Of a DNA stretch of 58,222 bases, positions 39,980-48,680 are shown piece after piece. Positions within the stretch are counted from its first letter, which is position 1; the number at the start of each line of letters is the position of its first letter. The notes below the pieces were generated by a model. That model was given only the letters and a program-made list of their open reading frames with translations, made no database searches and was not told where the DNA came from. Source of the stretch: a virus (taxonomy: Duplodnaviria; Caudoviricetes); IMG/VR virus record IMGVR_UViG_3300034116_002079, positions 1-58,222 of that record, one strand, 5' to 3'. The translations under genes were made by a program, and so were the position numbers.

Positions 39980-40687
39980 ATGCAAAAAGAATTTACTGTA
40001 AATATCCCCGATGAGCGCTGGATTGATTCGTGGGATAACAATTTAACACTTACTAAGACCTATATAGGTCCTAGTAAGTTTTATGCTCCTATAAACTTAA
40101 ACATAAACAGTCTAGTAGGGGTATATTTTGATAGTATTCCTACTCAAGGACCTTACGCAAGCACAGAGAATTATACTATCTATGAAATAGATGCTAATAC
40201 AGATACTGCTGTAGCTCAATTGGTCCAAGAGACCGTAGATGATGAATATAAGCTAAACTATATTAGAGAATTTGAAGATGAAGTACTACACGACAATAGT
40301 ATTTACGCAAAAACCACAAATCCAATGGTAAGTGACTACTATCGTTTAAGTTATGATACGCTAACTTCTAAAATAGTTTTAGACCCTATAATTAATGATA
40401 ACTGGCATATTCCTCAATTCGACGTTGTTAACAACAAATTAGAGTTGTTAAACTACAATAAAATTAACGTTTCATTTTCGGAAGCAATGTTAGCAAAAAT
40501 AACAGCAGCAATAACGCAACTAGAAACTTATAAAGCTACTATTGTTAATGCTAGAAAGTGGAAGTATGATACTTTTAATATGAGTGAAGTACCACAAATA
40601 TCAAAATCAGTAGAACAGGCTTTAAAACCTATTCCAGTACAAGAACCTACGCAGCCAGAGCCTGTGCCTGAGCCTAGCAATGAATAA
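39980..40687 (+). CDS. Hypothetical protein, possible fibre assembly chaperone
   Basis: Acidic and Cys-free, between the two Cys-rich paralogues; AAGGA RBS. Confidence 0.55.
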   Translation: MQKEFTVNIPDERWIDSWDNNLTLTKTYIGPSKFYAPINLNINSLVGVYFDSIPTQGPYASTENYTIYEIDANTDTAVAQLVQETVDDEYKLNYIREFEDEVLHDNSIYAKTTNPMVSDYYRLSYDTLTSKIVLDPIINDNWHIPQFDVVNNKLELLNYNKINVSFSEAMLAKITAAITQLETYKATIVNARKWKYDTFNMSEVPQISKSVEQALKPIPVQEPTQPEPVPEPSNE

Positions 40688-40699
40688 TAGGAAAAAACT

Positions 40700-42028
40700 A
40701 TGAGTGATATATTACTTCATGCAGCTATTCAGGAAAACCAAAGGTTAGTTTCTGAGTTAATGACTGCAAAAGACAGAGTCAGTAAAAAAGAGGCTTTGCA
40801 AGCTGCAGGCGTTAGTCCAACAGTAACAGATGAGTGTAACATGTTTTCTGTTGAAACATTTGGGTATGTGGGCGACGGCGTAGAAAGTTTGTGCACCCAC
40901 CCAAGGCTAGGACGAGCTGGCTATGTAATACCAAGATATTACAAACCAGAAAATATGGAGCCAATCAATAGAATGTGCGCCATTAACGATATGTGGTGTA
41001 AAACATTTGGTACCATTACTCAACCAAAACAAAACGGTATTTTTACCTTTGATTGCGAGTATGGCAGATGTGGTGGACAATGTCAATGGACTGTTCCCAC
41101 AGGCGTTTGCAGAGTTCAGTTTCAGTTATGGGGCCCTGGAAGCGGTAGTGGTGGAGCTTGCTGCCAAGGCAGCGGCATGCCAGGCCCAAATGGAGCCTAC
41201 TCTGTGCAAGAGCTTAATGTTACGCCCGGAGATACTCTTTGCTGGTGCTATGCTTGTGCATATTGCTGTTATGGTGATGGTACTAATCAGCCAGGTGGCG
41301 GAAATGGTTACTGTACTAACTTGTGCTATTGTGACTGTCAGGCACAAGCAGGCTACAGTTTTTACGCATGGGAAGCGCCTACACCGTCGTCATGCCGTCA
41401 CTGGTGTATGATGTGTATGTCGCACAATTATGCTAATTGTTGTGCTTGGCAGTTTGGTGGTAACTGGTATCTAAGCAATGGCGAGGATATTAATCAGCAT
41501 GGTGGATGTAACTGTACTTTTGGCAGTTCGTGGTCCTGCATCAGAGGGCTTCAAATGTGTGGTGGATGGGGCTTCTGTATTGATGGTCCTGGTACTAGTG
41601 CCGTTGTTCCTATGATGTTTGACCACTACTGTGGTTTTGGTACAAATATGAGTAGAGCAACTATGCGAGATAAAGTAGCTTCTATATACGGACACTATGC
41701 TGTATGGCCTGGAGTATACCTTGCATCAAGTTGTTGCGTTGGTTCCGCGTTTGACGGTGCTCCGAGCTACATTGAACAAGCTCCTGTTGTAGGATTCCCA
41801 GAATCTTGGTGGGTTGACGGCAGTAGACACGACTATATGGATGGAATAAAAAGGCCACCAGCACGTTGCTGCAGTCAAGGTGCTTGTTTTGGTTCAATGT
41901 ACTGTCACGGTACACAAAAAGCCCCTGGTATTGGCGGAAACGCTATATGGAACATGAGCCAAGGCTATAGCTGTGGTGAATATGGTGGCGGTGGAGCAGT
42001 CTGTGTTTCTTGGGACTACTACTGCTAA
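40700..42028 (+). CDS. Cys/Gly-rich protein 2 (paralogue of 38849-39964)
   Basis: WTVPTG..QFQLWGPG..GGACC..PG.NGAY and GGGAVCVSW; about 39 Cys by manual count. Confidence 0.65.
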   Translation: MSDILLHAAIQENQRLVSELMTAKDRVSKKEALQAAGVSPTVTDECNMFSVETFGYVGDGVESLCTHPRLGRAGYVIPRYYKPENMEPINRMCAINDMWCKTFGTITQPKQNGIFTFDCEYGRCGGQCQWTVPTGVCRVQFQLWGPGSGSGGACCQGSGMPGPNGAYSVQELNVTPGDTLCWCYACAYCCYGDGTNQPGGGNGYCTNLCYCDCQAQAGYSFYAWEAPTPSSCRHWCMMCMSHNYANCCAWQFGGNWYLSNGEDINQHGGCNCTFGSSWSCIRGLQMCGGWGFCIDGPGTSAVVPMMFDHYCGFGTNMSRATMRDKVASIYGHYAVWPGVYLASSCCVGSAFDGAPSYIEQAPVVGFPESWWVDGSRHDYMDGIKRPPARCCSQGACFGSMYCHGTQKAPGIGGNAIWNMSQGYSCGEYGGGGAVCVSWDYYC

Positions 42029-42037
42029 AAAATACAC

Positions 42038-42066
42038 TTTACTTTTAGGTAGTTTTATGTTATAAT
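42038..42066 (+). promoter_or_regulatory. sigma70-type promoter of the glycan/bilin operon
   Basis: TTTACT-N17-TATAAT with TGn extension. Confidence 0.65.
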
Positions 42067-42129
42067 AGTTTCATGCTATTTAGCATTAACCATATCTTAT
42101 AACTACTACCTAAAGTAATAATACTACTT

Positions 42130-43152
42130 ATGAAAAAAGCATTTTTTATTAACGGAGGTGCTGGTAGAGTACTTTGTGCTCTACCAGCCCTTGAATTTTA
42201 TAAACAAAACACTGATCCTGATGTTGTAATTGTATCCGAGGCCTGGCAAGAGTTATTCTTTGCCAGCCCTATTATCAGAAACAATGTATGGCCCGTGGGG
42301 CATAAAGGTCTTTTTGAAGAAAAACTAAAAGACAAAGAGTTAGTTAGTCCAGAGCCTTATAGACTAAATGCTTACTTTAACCAAAAAGTTAACTTAGTAC
42401 AAGCATTCGATATGTTAATTAATAACCATCAAGAAATACCAGAACCCAAAAAGTTTAATTTAGAAATAAATAAGGTAGATCAGGTATATGGACATAACTT
42501 AGTTAATCAAGTAAAAGCTCAGTTTGGAAAAACAAAAACAGTCGTGTTCCAGCCTTTTGGAGCTGGTATAACAAAAGAAGGTAATTTCATTATTGACCCT
42601 AGTGGTCGTAGTTTTGAATTACGAGACGTATTTCGCATAGTCGAAGAACTAGGTAAACACTACGCCGTAATTGTTATGGCTAACATAGAAGTACCTACTA
42701 CTAAACAAATGCCTGCTGCAATGCCTACGGCAAATATGCTACAATGGATGGGTATTATTAATGCCAGCGATTATTTCTTAGGATGCGATAGTATGGGACA
42801 ACACTATGCCCATGCGCTGAATAAACCAGCAACTGTTGTAACAGGAGCTACATTTCCAGAGAACATCTCTTACCCTTACAACAAAGACTTTACTATTATT
42901 GACAATGGTAAAGAAAAGCGTAAATATAGCCCTATAAGAATTACTCAAGATTTTATAGCGGACAGAGAAAACGAAGATTCGATGATTTTACAAGACAAAA
43001 CGTTTGATAGAGTCATTAAGAGTGTAACGGATAAATTAGGTAAAACTAAACAAAAAGACACTAAATTTGAACCAGTAGTAGATGCTCATGTACACACTGC
43101 TAGCTGCGAACACAGTACACCACCTTTTACAAAGAAACAAGCTTTAGTATAA
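42130..43152 (+). CDS. GT-B glycosyltransferase, GT9 (heptosyltransferase)-like
   Basis: GGAGRVLCALPAL start, VFQPFG, I..SDYFLGCDSMGQHYAHALNKP..V..G.T matches the GT9 C-terminal DSG..H.A.A motif. Confidence 0.7.
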   Translation: MKKAFFINGGAGRVLCALPALEFYKQNTDPDVVIVSEAWQELFFASPIIRNNVWPVGHKGLFEEKLKDKELVSPEPYRLNAYFNQKVNLVQAFDMLINNHQEIPEPKKFNLEINKVDQVYGHNLVNQVKAQFGKTKTVVFQPFGAGITKEGNFIIDPSGRSFELRDVFRIVEELGKHYAVIVMANIEVPTTKQMPAAMPTANMLQWMGIINASDYFLGCDSMGQHYAHALNKPATVVTGATFPENISYPYNKDFTIIDNGKEKRKYSPIRITQDFIADRENEDSMILQDKTFDRVIKSVTDKLGKTKQKDTKFEPVVDAHVHTASCEHSTPPFTKKQALV

Positions 43153-43153
43153 T

Positions 43154-44947
43154 ATGAAACAAACAGGATATATTTTAGGAATTGCTAGGGGACATAATGC
43201 AGGGGCTTGCTTGCTAAAAGATGGAAAAGTTGTTTTTTCACTTGAAGAAGAGCGTCTTAGCAGGCAAAAATACGATGGTGGCCCTTATGCTACCATGATG
43301 AAGGTTAAAGAATATACCGATAAGTTAGATTATATTTTTGTTTCGCACACTCAGTCGTTAAAAGAAACTGCAGGAAAAGTTGATTATACAGGAGACGATG
43401 TTTATACAGGATTAGCCCGTAAAATGGGGCTTATTGAGCGTAAAGTTGATATTCATAATCACCCACAAGTTATAGATTTAAGTCATTCACATCACAAGAT
43501 TCATGCAGCCATTGCATTTTATCGCAGTGGGTTTGACAATGCTGTAGCAGTTATTGTGGATGGTGCAGGTACAGTTTATCCAGCATCTTTCATGGAACAG
43601 CCAATTGGATTGTGGGAAACTGAAACAATCATTGATTGTAGTTACCCGGCTGATTTCAAAACAATATATAAGCACCTTGGTTGTAGAGAACCCATTGCTG
43701 GCTACTATAACGTAAACCAGAGCTCTGAGCGTTTAGGTGAATCAGGAACTCATATTGAGTTTGTTAGTGGTCATGCAGGTATTACAAAAGTATATGAAGC
43801 TGTAACAGAATATTGTGGATTTTCCGCTATTGAAGCTGGTAAAACTATGGGCCTATTTCCTTACGGAAAACCAAACCCAGCAATTCCAAAACTATTTATC
43901 GACACACAAACTGCACCTACTAGTGACAGAAACGTAATTGTACCCAGATATCCAAACGGTGCTATTGTAAATGCTAACCTCTACCCAGAATTAGCTGTTA
44001 TTAGTGATAAAGATATTACGCGCACACAAAATCGTCGCGATCTAGCTTATGCTTGTCAAACTGAAACTCAGGAACAGGTATTAAAATTAATTGAGCAAGC
44101 TGTTGAATTAACGGGTAGAAAACAAGTTGTGTTGAGTGGTGGTTATGCGCTTAATTGTGTAGCAAATTATTTCTACTTAAAAACTTTGCGAGAAAAAGGC
44201 ATTGAACTGTATGTTGAACCAGTGTCAAACGACGGCGGTACAGCAGTTGGTGTAGCACTATGGGGCTATCATCAAACAACACAATCAACTGATAAACATC
44301 CTAGCGAAATTTATTTAGGTCCCGAATATAATTATTCCGAAAAAGATATTGGGCGTATTGCTGCTGAATACGAAGCAGAAGTTCATTCGATTACTAAAGA
44401 AGATGTAGTTAACTTAATGACACAAAAGAACATTGTTGCAATGTTCCAAGGCCGTTCAGAGAACGGTCCTCGTGCACTAGGCAATCGTAGTTTAATGTTT
44501 GACCCTACTTTTGTAGACGGCAAAGACTTTGTAAATGAAATTAAACATCGCGAATATTTTAGACCTTTTGCAGGATCAATCCTAGAAGAAGATGTGCACG
44601 AATGGTTTGATTTACGGGGTATGAGTTCTAGTCCACACATGATGTATGCTGTTAATTGCCAGCCAGGCGTTGAGCATAAAATTCCAGCAATTATTCATGT
44701 AGACGGAACTTGTCGTATTCAAACAGTTAAACGTGAAGAGAATCCGCATTATTACGATGTGATTAAAGCCTTTAAAGAGAAAACAGGCGTGCCTATTATT
44801 TTTAATACTAGCTTTAATTTAGGCGGAGAACCCTTAGTAGAAACACTTGAAGATGCCTTGTGGACCTTAAGCCAAACAGGTATTGACTACTTATACTTAC
44901 CAGAATATAATAAATTAATTACTGTAAAAGTAAAACAACAAAAATGA
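43154..44947 (+). CDS. O-carbamoyltransferase, NodU/CmcH/TobZ family
   Basis: HNAGACL, EEERLSR.K, HH..HA, VDGAG, GKTMGL..YG, SGGYALNCVAN, GPRALGNRS, RPFAGS, HVDGTCRIQTV, NTSFN. Confidence 0.95.
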   Translation: MKQTGYILGIARGHNAGACLLKDGKVVFSLEEERLSRQKYDGGPYATMMKVKEYTDKLDYIFVSHTQSLKETAGKVDYTGDDVYTGLARKMGLIERKVDIHNHPQVIDLSHSHHKIHAAIAFYRSGFDNAVAVIVDGAGTVYPASFMEQPIGLWETETIIDCSYPADFKTIYKHLGCREPIAGYYNVNQSSERLGESGTHIEFVSGHAGITKVYEAVTEYCGFSAIEAGKTMGLFPYGKPNPAIPKLFIDTQTAPTSDRNVIVPRYPNGAIVNANLYPELAVISDKDITRTQNRRDLAYACQTETQEQVLKLIEQAVELTGRKQVVLSGGYALNCVANYFYLKTLREKGIELYVEPVSNDGGTAVGVALWGYHQTTQSTDKHPSEIYLGPEYNYSEKDIGRIAAEYEAEVHSITKEDVVNLMTQKNIVAMFQGRSENGPRALGNRSLMFDPTFVDGKDFVNEIKHREYFRPFAGSILEEDVHEWFDLRGMSSSPHMMYAVNCQPGVEHKIPAIIHVDGTCRIQTVKREENPHYYDVIKAFKEKTGVPIIFNTSFNLGGEPLVETLEDALWTLSQTGIDYLYLPEYNKLITVKVKQQK

Positions 44948-45354
44948 AAATCTTTGTAAACGGCACTTTTGACGTCTTACATCCAGGCCACCTAGACTTG
45001 CTAAATTATGCAAAAAGTCTAGGTGACTTTTTACTGGTTGCAATTGATTCGGACAGCCGAGTCGCCAGCAAAAAGGGATTGGACAGACCTTTCAACCCAC
45101 AATATCATAGACAAAAGTTACTTGAAAACCTAAAAGCGGTTGATGAAGTAGTAGTTTTTGATAGCGATATTGAACTAACACAAACAGTAAAAATATTAAG
45201 ACCCGACATAATGGTTGTTGGGTCAGACTACAAAGATAAAACCGTAATTGGTTCGGAATATGCTAAACAACTTAGATTCTATACTAGATCAACACCTTTC
45301 TCAAGTACCCAAGTTTTGGAAAATTTTATTGCTAGGCGACACCTGCACAGATAA
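44944..45354 (+). CDS. Cytidylyltransferase-family nucleotidyltransferase, HldC/RfaE2-like
   Basis: NGTFDVLHPGH, DSDSRV..KG..RP, GSDY, C-terminal SST. Confidence 0.85.
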   Translation: MKIFVNGTFDVLHPGHLDLLNYAKSLGDFLLVAIDSDSRVASKKGLDRPFNPQYHRQKLLENLKAVDEVVVFDSDIELTQTVKILRPDIMVVGSDYKDKTVIGSEYAKQLRFYTRSTPFSSTQVLENFIARRHLHR

Positions 45355-46045
45355 GTATGTATATGGTACTATTGATCGCTTAAGTCCTGAAGCACCCGTG
45401 CCTGTGTTTGTACCCAAACATGAAGAAAATCGTCGCGGCATGGCAGGTAATGTAGAAGAAAACTTAAAAGCACTAGGCTGCGATGTTGACCTACTTACAC
45501 TAGAAGGTGGAACGAAAACACGTTTTATAGATAGCAGATCTAATCAGCACATCATGCGACTAGATCAAGATGCTAAAGGTGGGCCAATAGAACTAGCTAC
45601 GACTATTCCTGCTATCTATGACGCAGTAGTGATTTCAGATTACAATAAAGGCTGTATCAGTTACGAATTAGTAGAAGAAATACTGCAACAATTTCGTGGA
45701 CCAGTGTTTATTGATACAAAGAAAACAGATCTTGCCAGATTTGAAGGTGCTTTTGTAAAAATTAATAGTTTAGAAAATTCACTGGCTAAAACTTTACCCT
45801 CACAAACTATAGTTACACTTGGTAAACAAGGTTGTGAATACGGCGGCCACATATATCCTGCCCCACAAGTAGAAGTTGCAGATGTATGCGGAGCAGGCGA
45901 TACATTTTTAGCTGCGCTAGTCTATGCTTATTTACAGATGGATCAGATTCCAGAAGCACTTGTATTTGCTAATCGTGCTGCTGCAGTAACAGTAAAACAT
46001 ATGGGTGTTTATGCACCTACATTGAAAGAAATAAATGAGGCTTGA
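45260..46045 (+). CDS. PfkB-family kinase, HldA/RfaE1-like heptose-7-phosphate kinase (start uncertain)
   Basis: GD...D.Y.YG...RLSPEAPVPV, SDYNKG, DVCGAGDTF. Confidence 0.88.
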   Translation: MLNNLDSILDQHLSQVPKFWKILLLGDTCTDKYVYGTIDRLSPEAPVPVFVPKHEENRRGMAGNVEENLKALGCDVDLLTLEGGTKTRFIDSRSNQHIMRLDQDAKGGPIELATTIPAIYDAVVISDYNKGCISYELVEEILQQFRGPVFIDTKKTDLARFEGAFVKINSLENSLAKTLPSQTIVTLGKQGCEYGGHIYPAPQVEVADVCGAGDTFLAALVYAYLQMDQIPEALVFANRAAAVTVKHMGVYAPTLKEINEA

Positions 46046-46391
46046 AGGCTATGTAAAAAAAGGCTGGGGTTCGGAAAACATTTGGGCTACCAACGACAGG
46101 TACTGTGGCAAATTGATGAAGTTTAATACTGGTGCTAAGTTTTCAATGCACTTTCATCAATATAAAGAAGAAACTTGGTATATCCTAGACGGATTATTTT
46201 TTGTTAAATGGATAGATACAGAAACTGCTGAAGAATATACTACGTATTTAAAACCAGGCGATGTATGGCACAATGAGCCTTGCAAACCCCATCAACTAAT
46301 ATGCCAAGAAGCAGGTACTATTATTGAAGTGTCAACTCCAGATTCTGTAGAGGATAACTATCGCATTGCCAAGGGCGATAGTCAAAAATGA
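46035..46391 (+). CDS. Cupin, putative sugar(-phosphate) isomerase
   Basis: KGWG.E, YCGK, SMHFH..KEETW, P...HQL, EVST. Confidence 0.75.
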   Translation: MRLEGYVKKGWGSENIWATNDRYCGKLMKFNTGAKFSMHFHQYKEETWYILDGLFFVKWIDTETAEEYTTYLKPGDVWHNEPCKPHQLICQEAGTIIEVSTPDSVEDNYRIAKGDSQK

Positions 46392-46681
46392 AGTATATTG
46401 TAGATATAGATAACACTATCTGTGAAACCCAAGGCGGAGACTACGCAAACAGCAAACCACTACTAGATCGTATTGCAAAAATTAATGCACTATACGACAG
46501 TGGGCACGAAATACATTACTGGACAGCTCGCGGTAGTAATAGTGGAATTGACTGGCTGTATTTTACAGTTGCTCAGCTTGATGCCTGGGGCTGTAAATAT
46601 CACTCAGCTAAAACAGGTAAACCAGCATACGACATTTGGATTGACGATAAAGCAATTACAGCAGACACATATTTTAAATGA
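46388..46681 (+). CDS. Minimal HAD phosphatase
   Basis: DIDNT (DxDxT), WTARG, GKP.YD.WIDDKA. Confidence 0.8.
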   Translation: MKYIVDIDNTICETQGGDYANSKPLLDRIAKINALYDSGHEIHYWTARGSNSGIDWLYFTVAQLDAWGCKYHSAKTGKPAYDIWIDDKAITADTYFK

Positions 46682-47460
46682 AAATTTTACTAACAGGACA
46701 TAAGGGCTTTATTGGGCAAAATATGCTAAAAGCCTTACAAAGTACTGACCACGAGATCAGTACTTTTGAATGGGAAGACGGTAATATGCCCAGTGTTATG
46801 GAACAAGACTGGGTTATTCACATTGGCGCTATCAGCTCAACTACCGAGCGCGATGTTGACAAGGTTATGCGTCAAAACTACGATTTCAGTCGCCAACTAT
46901 TTACAGCTTGTAGAATTTTTGGAGTAAACCTACAGTACTCTAGTTCAGCCAGCGTATATGGACTGGGAACAGATTTTACAGAAACAGCTCAAGTAGACCC
47001 CCGTAATGCCTATGCTTGGTCAAAATACTTGTTTGAACGGCATCACCAGGAACATCAGGGCGGTAACATAGTACAGGGTTTCCGTTACTTTAATGTTTAT
47101 GGCCCGCACGAAGATCATAAAGGTTCTCAAGCAAGCCCTTACCATCAGTTTGGAAAACAAGCTAATGAGTTTGGCGAAATAAAGGTATTTGAAAATAGTC
47201 ACGAATATCGTAGAGATTTTGTACCAGTTGAGCAAGTAGTTGCTACTCATCTGGCTTTTTTAAACAGTCAAGAATCAGGAATATTTAACATTGGTACTGG
47301 TACTACACAAAGTTTTCTAGAAGTAGCGGAAACTTTTGGCGTTCCAATTCAAACAATACCAATGCCTGAGCAGTTAAAAGCAAGTTACCAAAAGTACACT
47401 TGTGCTGATATGACAAAAACCAATAGAATTTATGACTACACTAAAAGAGCTAACACATGA
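46678..47460 (+). CDS. hldD: ADP-L-glycero-D-manno-heptose 6-epimerase
   Basis: TG..GFIG, HIGAISSTTE, YSSSASVYG, YAWSK, FRYFNVYGP.E.HKG.QAS, RDFV, YQKYTCAD. Confidence 0.88.
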   Translation: MKILLTGHKGFIGQNMLKALQSTDHEISTFEWEDGNMPSVMEQDWVIHIGAISSTTERDVDKVMRQNYDFSRQLFTACRIFGVNLQYSSSASVYGLGTDFTETAQVDPRNAYAWSKYLFERHHQEHQGGNIVQGFRYFNVYGPHEDHKGSQASPYHQFGKQANEFGEIKVFENSHEYRRDFVPVEQVVATHLAFLNSQESGIFNIGTGTTQSFLEVAETFGVPIQTIPMPEQLKASYQKYTCADMTKTNRIYDYTKRANT

Positions 47461-47968
47461 ATCGCATGAGCAGGCAGAGGCTCACCCATTCACAAAATTA
47501 GTTTTATCAAAAAACATCAGTGATGTGGTATACGCAGATTATTTATACAATCAACACGCTGTATACTACACGCTTGAAAGCATAGCCACTATTCGAGGAT
47601 TACTAGACAATTTACCTGGGCTACCACGAGCCGATTTAATTAAAAAAGATTTTGACGAATTAAATGTTAGCGGGTGCAAACTATACATGAGCACTCACAA
47701 ATACACGCACTATGTGGCTTGTAATTTAACAGACAGTCAAATCTTAGCACACTTATACGTTAGACATATGGGCGATATGTATGGTGGGCAAATGATTAAG
47801 AAATGTGTTCCTGGTAGCGGATCTATGTATGAATTTGAAAATCGCAAAGAGTTAATTGAAACTTTGCGTAATAAACTAGATACCTCGATGGCTTCGGAAG
47901 CTAATCATTGTTTTGATTATGCTATACAACTGTTTACAGAGTTAGCCAATGAGCACAATATTCAATAA
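47432..47968 (+). CDS. hemO: Heme oxygenase (biliverdin-producing)
   Basis: LKELT...H..AE proximal His helix; AHLYVRHMGDMYGGQ distal helix. Confidence 0.9.
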   Translation: MTTLKELTHESHEQAEAHPFTKLVLSKNISDVVYADYLYNQHAVYYTLESIATIRGLLDNLPGLPRADLIKKDFDELNVSGCKLYMSTHKYTHYVACNLTDSQILAHLYVRHMGDMYGGQMIKKCVPGSGSMYEFENRKELIETLRNKLDTSMASEANHCFDYAIQLFTELANEHNIQ

Positions 47969-48635
47969 ATTAAAAGCTCATGCAGCAGAGTTGGAAGCAA
48001 TTCTTGCGGCACGAGCTTTTAATTTGCCTTCAGAAATCACCTCAGAATGGTACACCAAGAATTTTTCAAGTGCGTGGGTTCGCAGAGCTAATCTAGATAT
48101 TATAGATGTATCGGAGACTAAAAAACTCTATATGATGCATTTGTGTATATTCCCACACGTTTATGATGCTGCGCCTATCTACGGCTTTGATATTGTAGCA
48201 GGCACTAATAAAATCACAGGTGCATTTTTAGACTTTTCACCTACAGGCGACCCTGAACATCCACTGTGTAAGTGGTTTCAAGAGTTTGTAGAGCCAACAT
48301 CTTGGGCAAAACCCCGAGAGCTGCCTGAGTGGGCACGAAACATATTTTCAAATCGTATGGTTGCCGCAGGAAATATTAATACTGACTTTGAACTAGCAGT
48401 TATTCTAGAGATTTCCAAGAAGTCACTAATACATTACTTGGACAATATAGAAAAATATCGCCCTAAGTTAAAATACGAAGATATGGTAGCACAAAATAAT
48501 TTTACTGACAAACAAAATTATTATTGTCAGCAACAAAAATGTAACCCACATACTCCACGAGTATTAAAAACACTAGGATTTAATGATGATCAAGTCCATG
48601 ATTACATACATAAAGAACTATTTCCTGAAGTATGA
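47949..48635 (+). CDS. pcyX: Ferredoxin-dependent bilin reductase, PcyX/PcyA-like
   Basis: MMHLCIFP, PIYGFD, DFSP, RELPEWA.IFS, QNYYC.QQK.NPHT.RVL, LFP end; adjacent to heme oxygenase. Confidence 0.82.
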   Translation: MSTIFNKLKAHAAELEAILAARAFNLPSEITSEWYTKNFSSAWVRRANLDIIDVSETKKLYMMHLCIFPHVYDAAPIYGFDIVAGTNKITGAFLDFSPTGDPEHPLCKWFQEFVEPTSWAKPRELPEWARNIFSNRMVAAGNINTDFELAVILEISKKSLIHYLDNIEKYRPKLKYEDMVAQNNFTDKQNYYCQQQKCNPHTPRVLKTLGFNDDQVHDYIHKELFPEV

Positions 48636-48680
48636 AGAAGACTGGGTACAGTACTGGGCTCACTATGGAGGACCTAGATA

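Noticed and set aside
38849-42028. Cys-rich proteins as multiheme c-type cytochromes
   Set aside because: No CxxCH motifs and no export signal
45321-45335. A AAT TTT heptamer near the end of hldC as a -1 frameshift into the kinase
   Set aside because: The -1 frame reaches TAG within a few codons; the kinase is in the +1 frame
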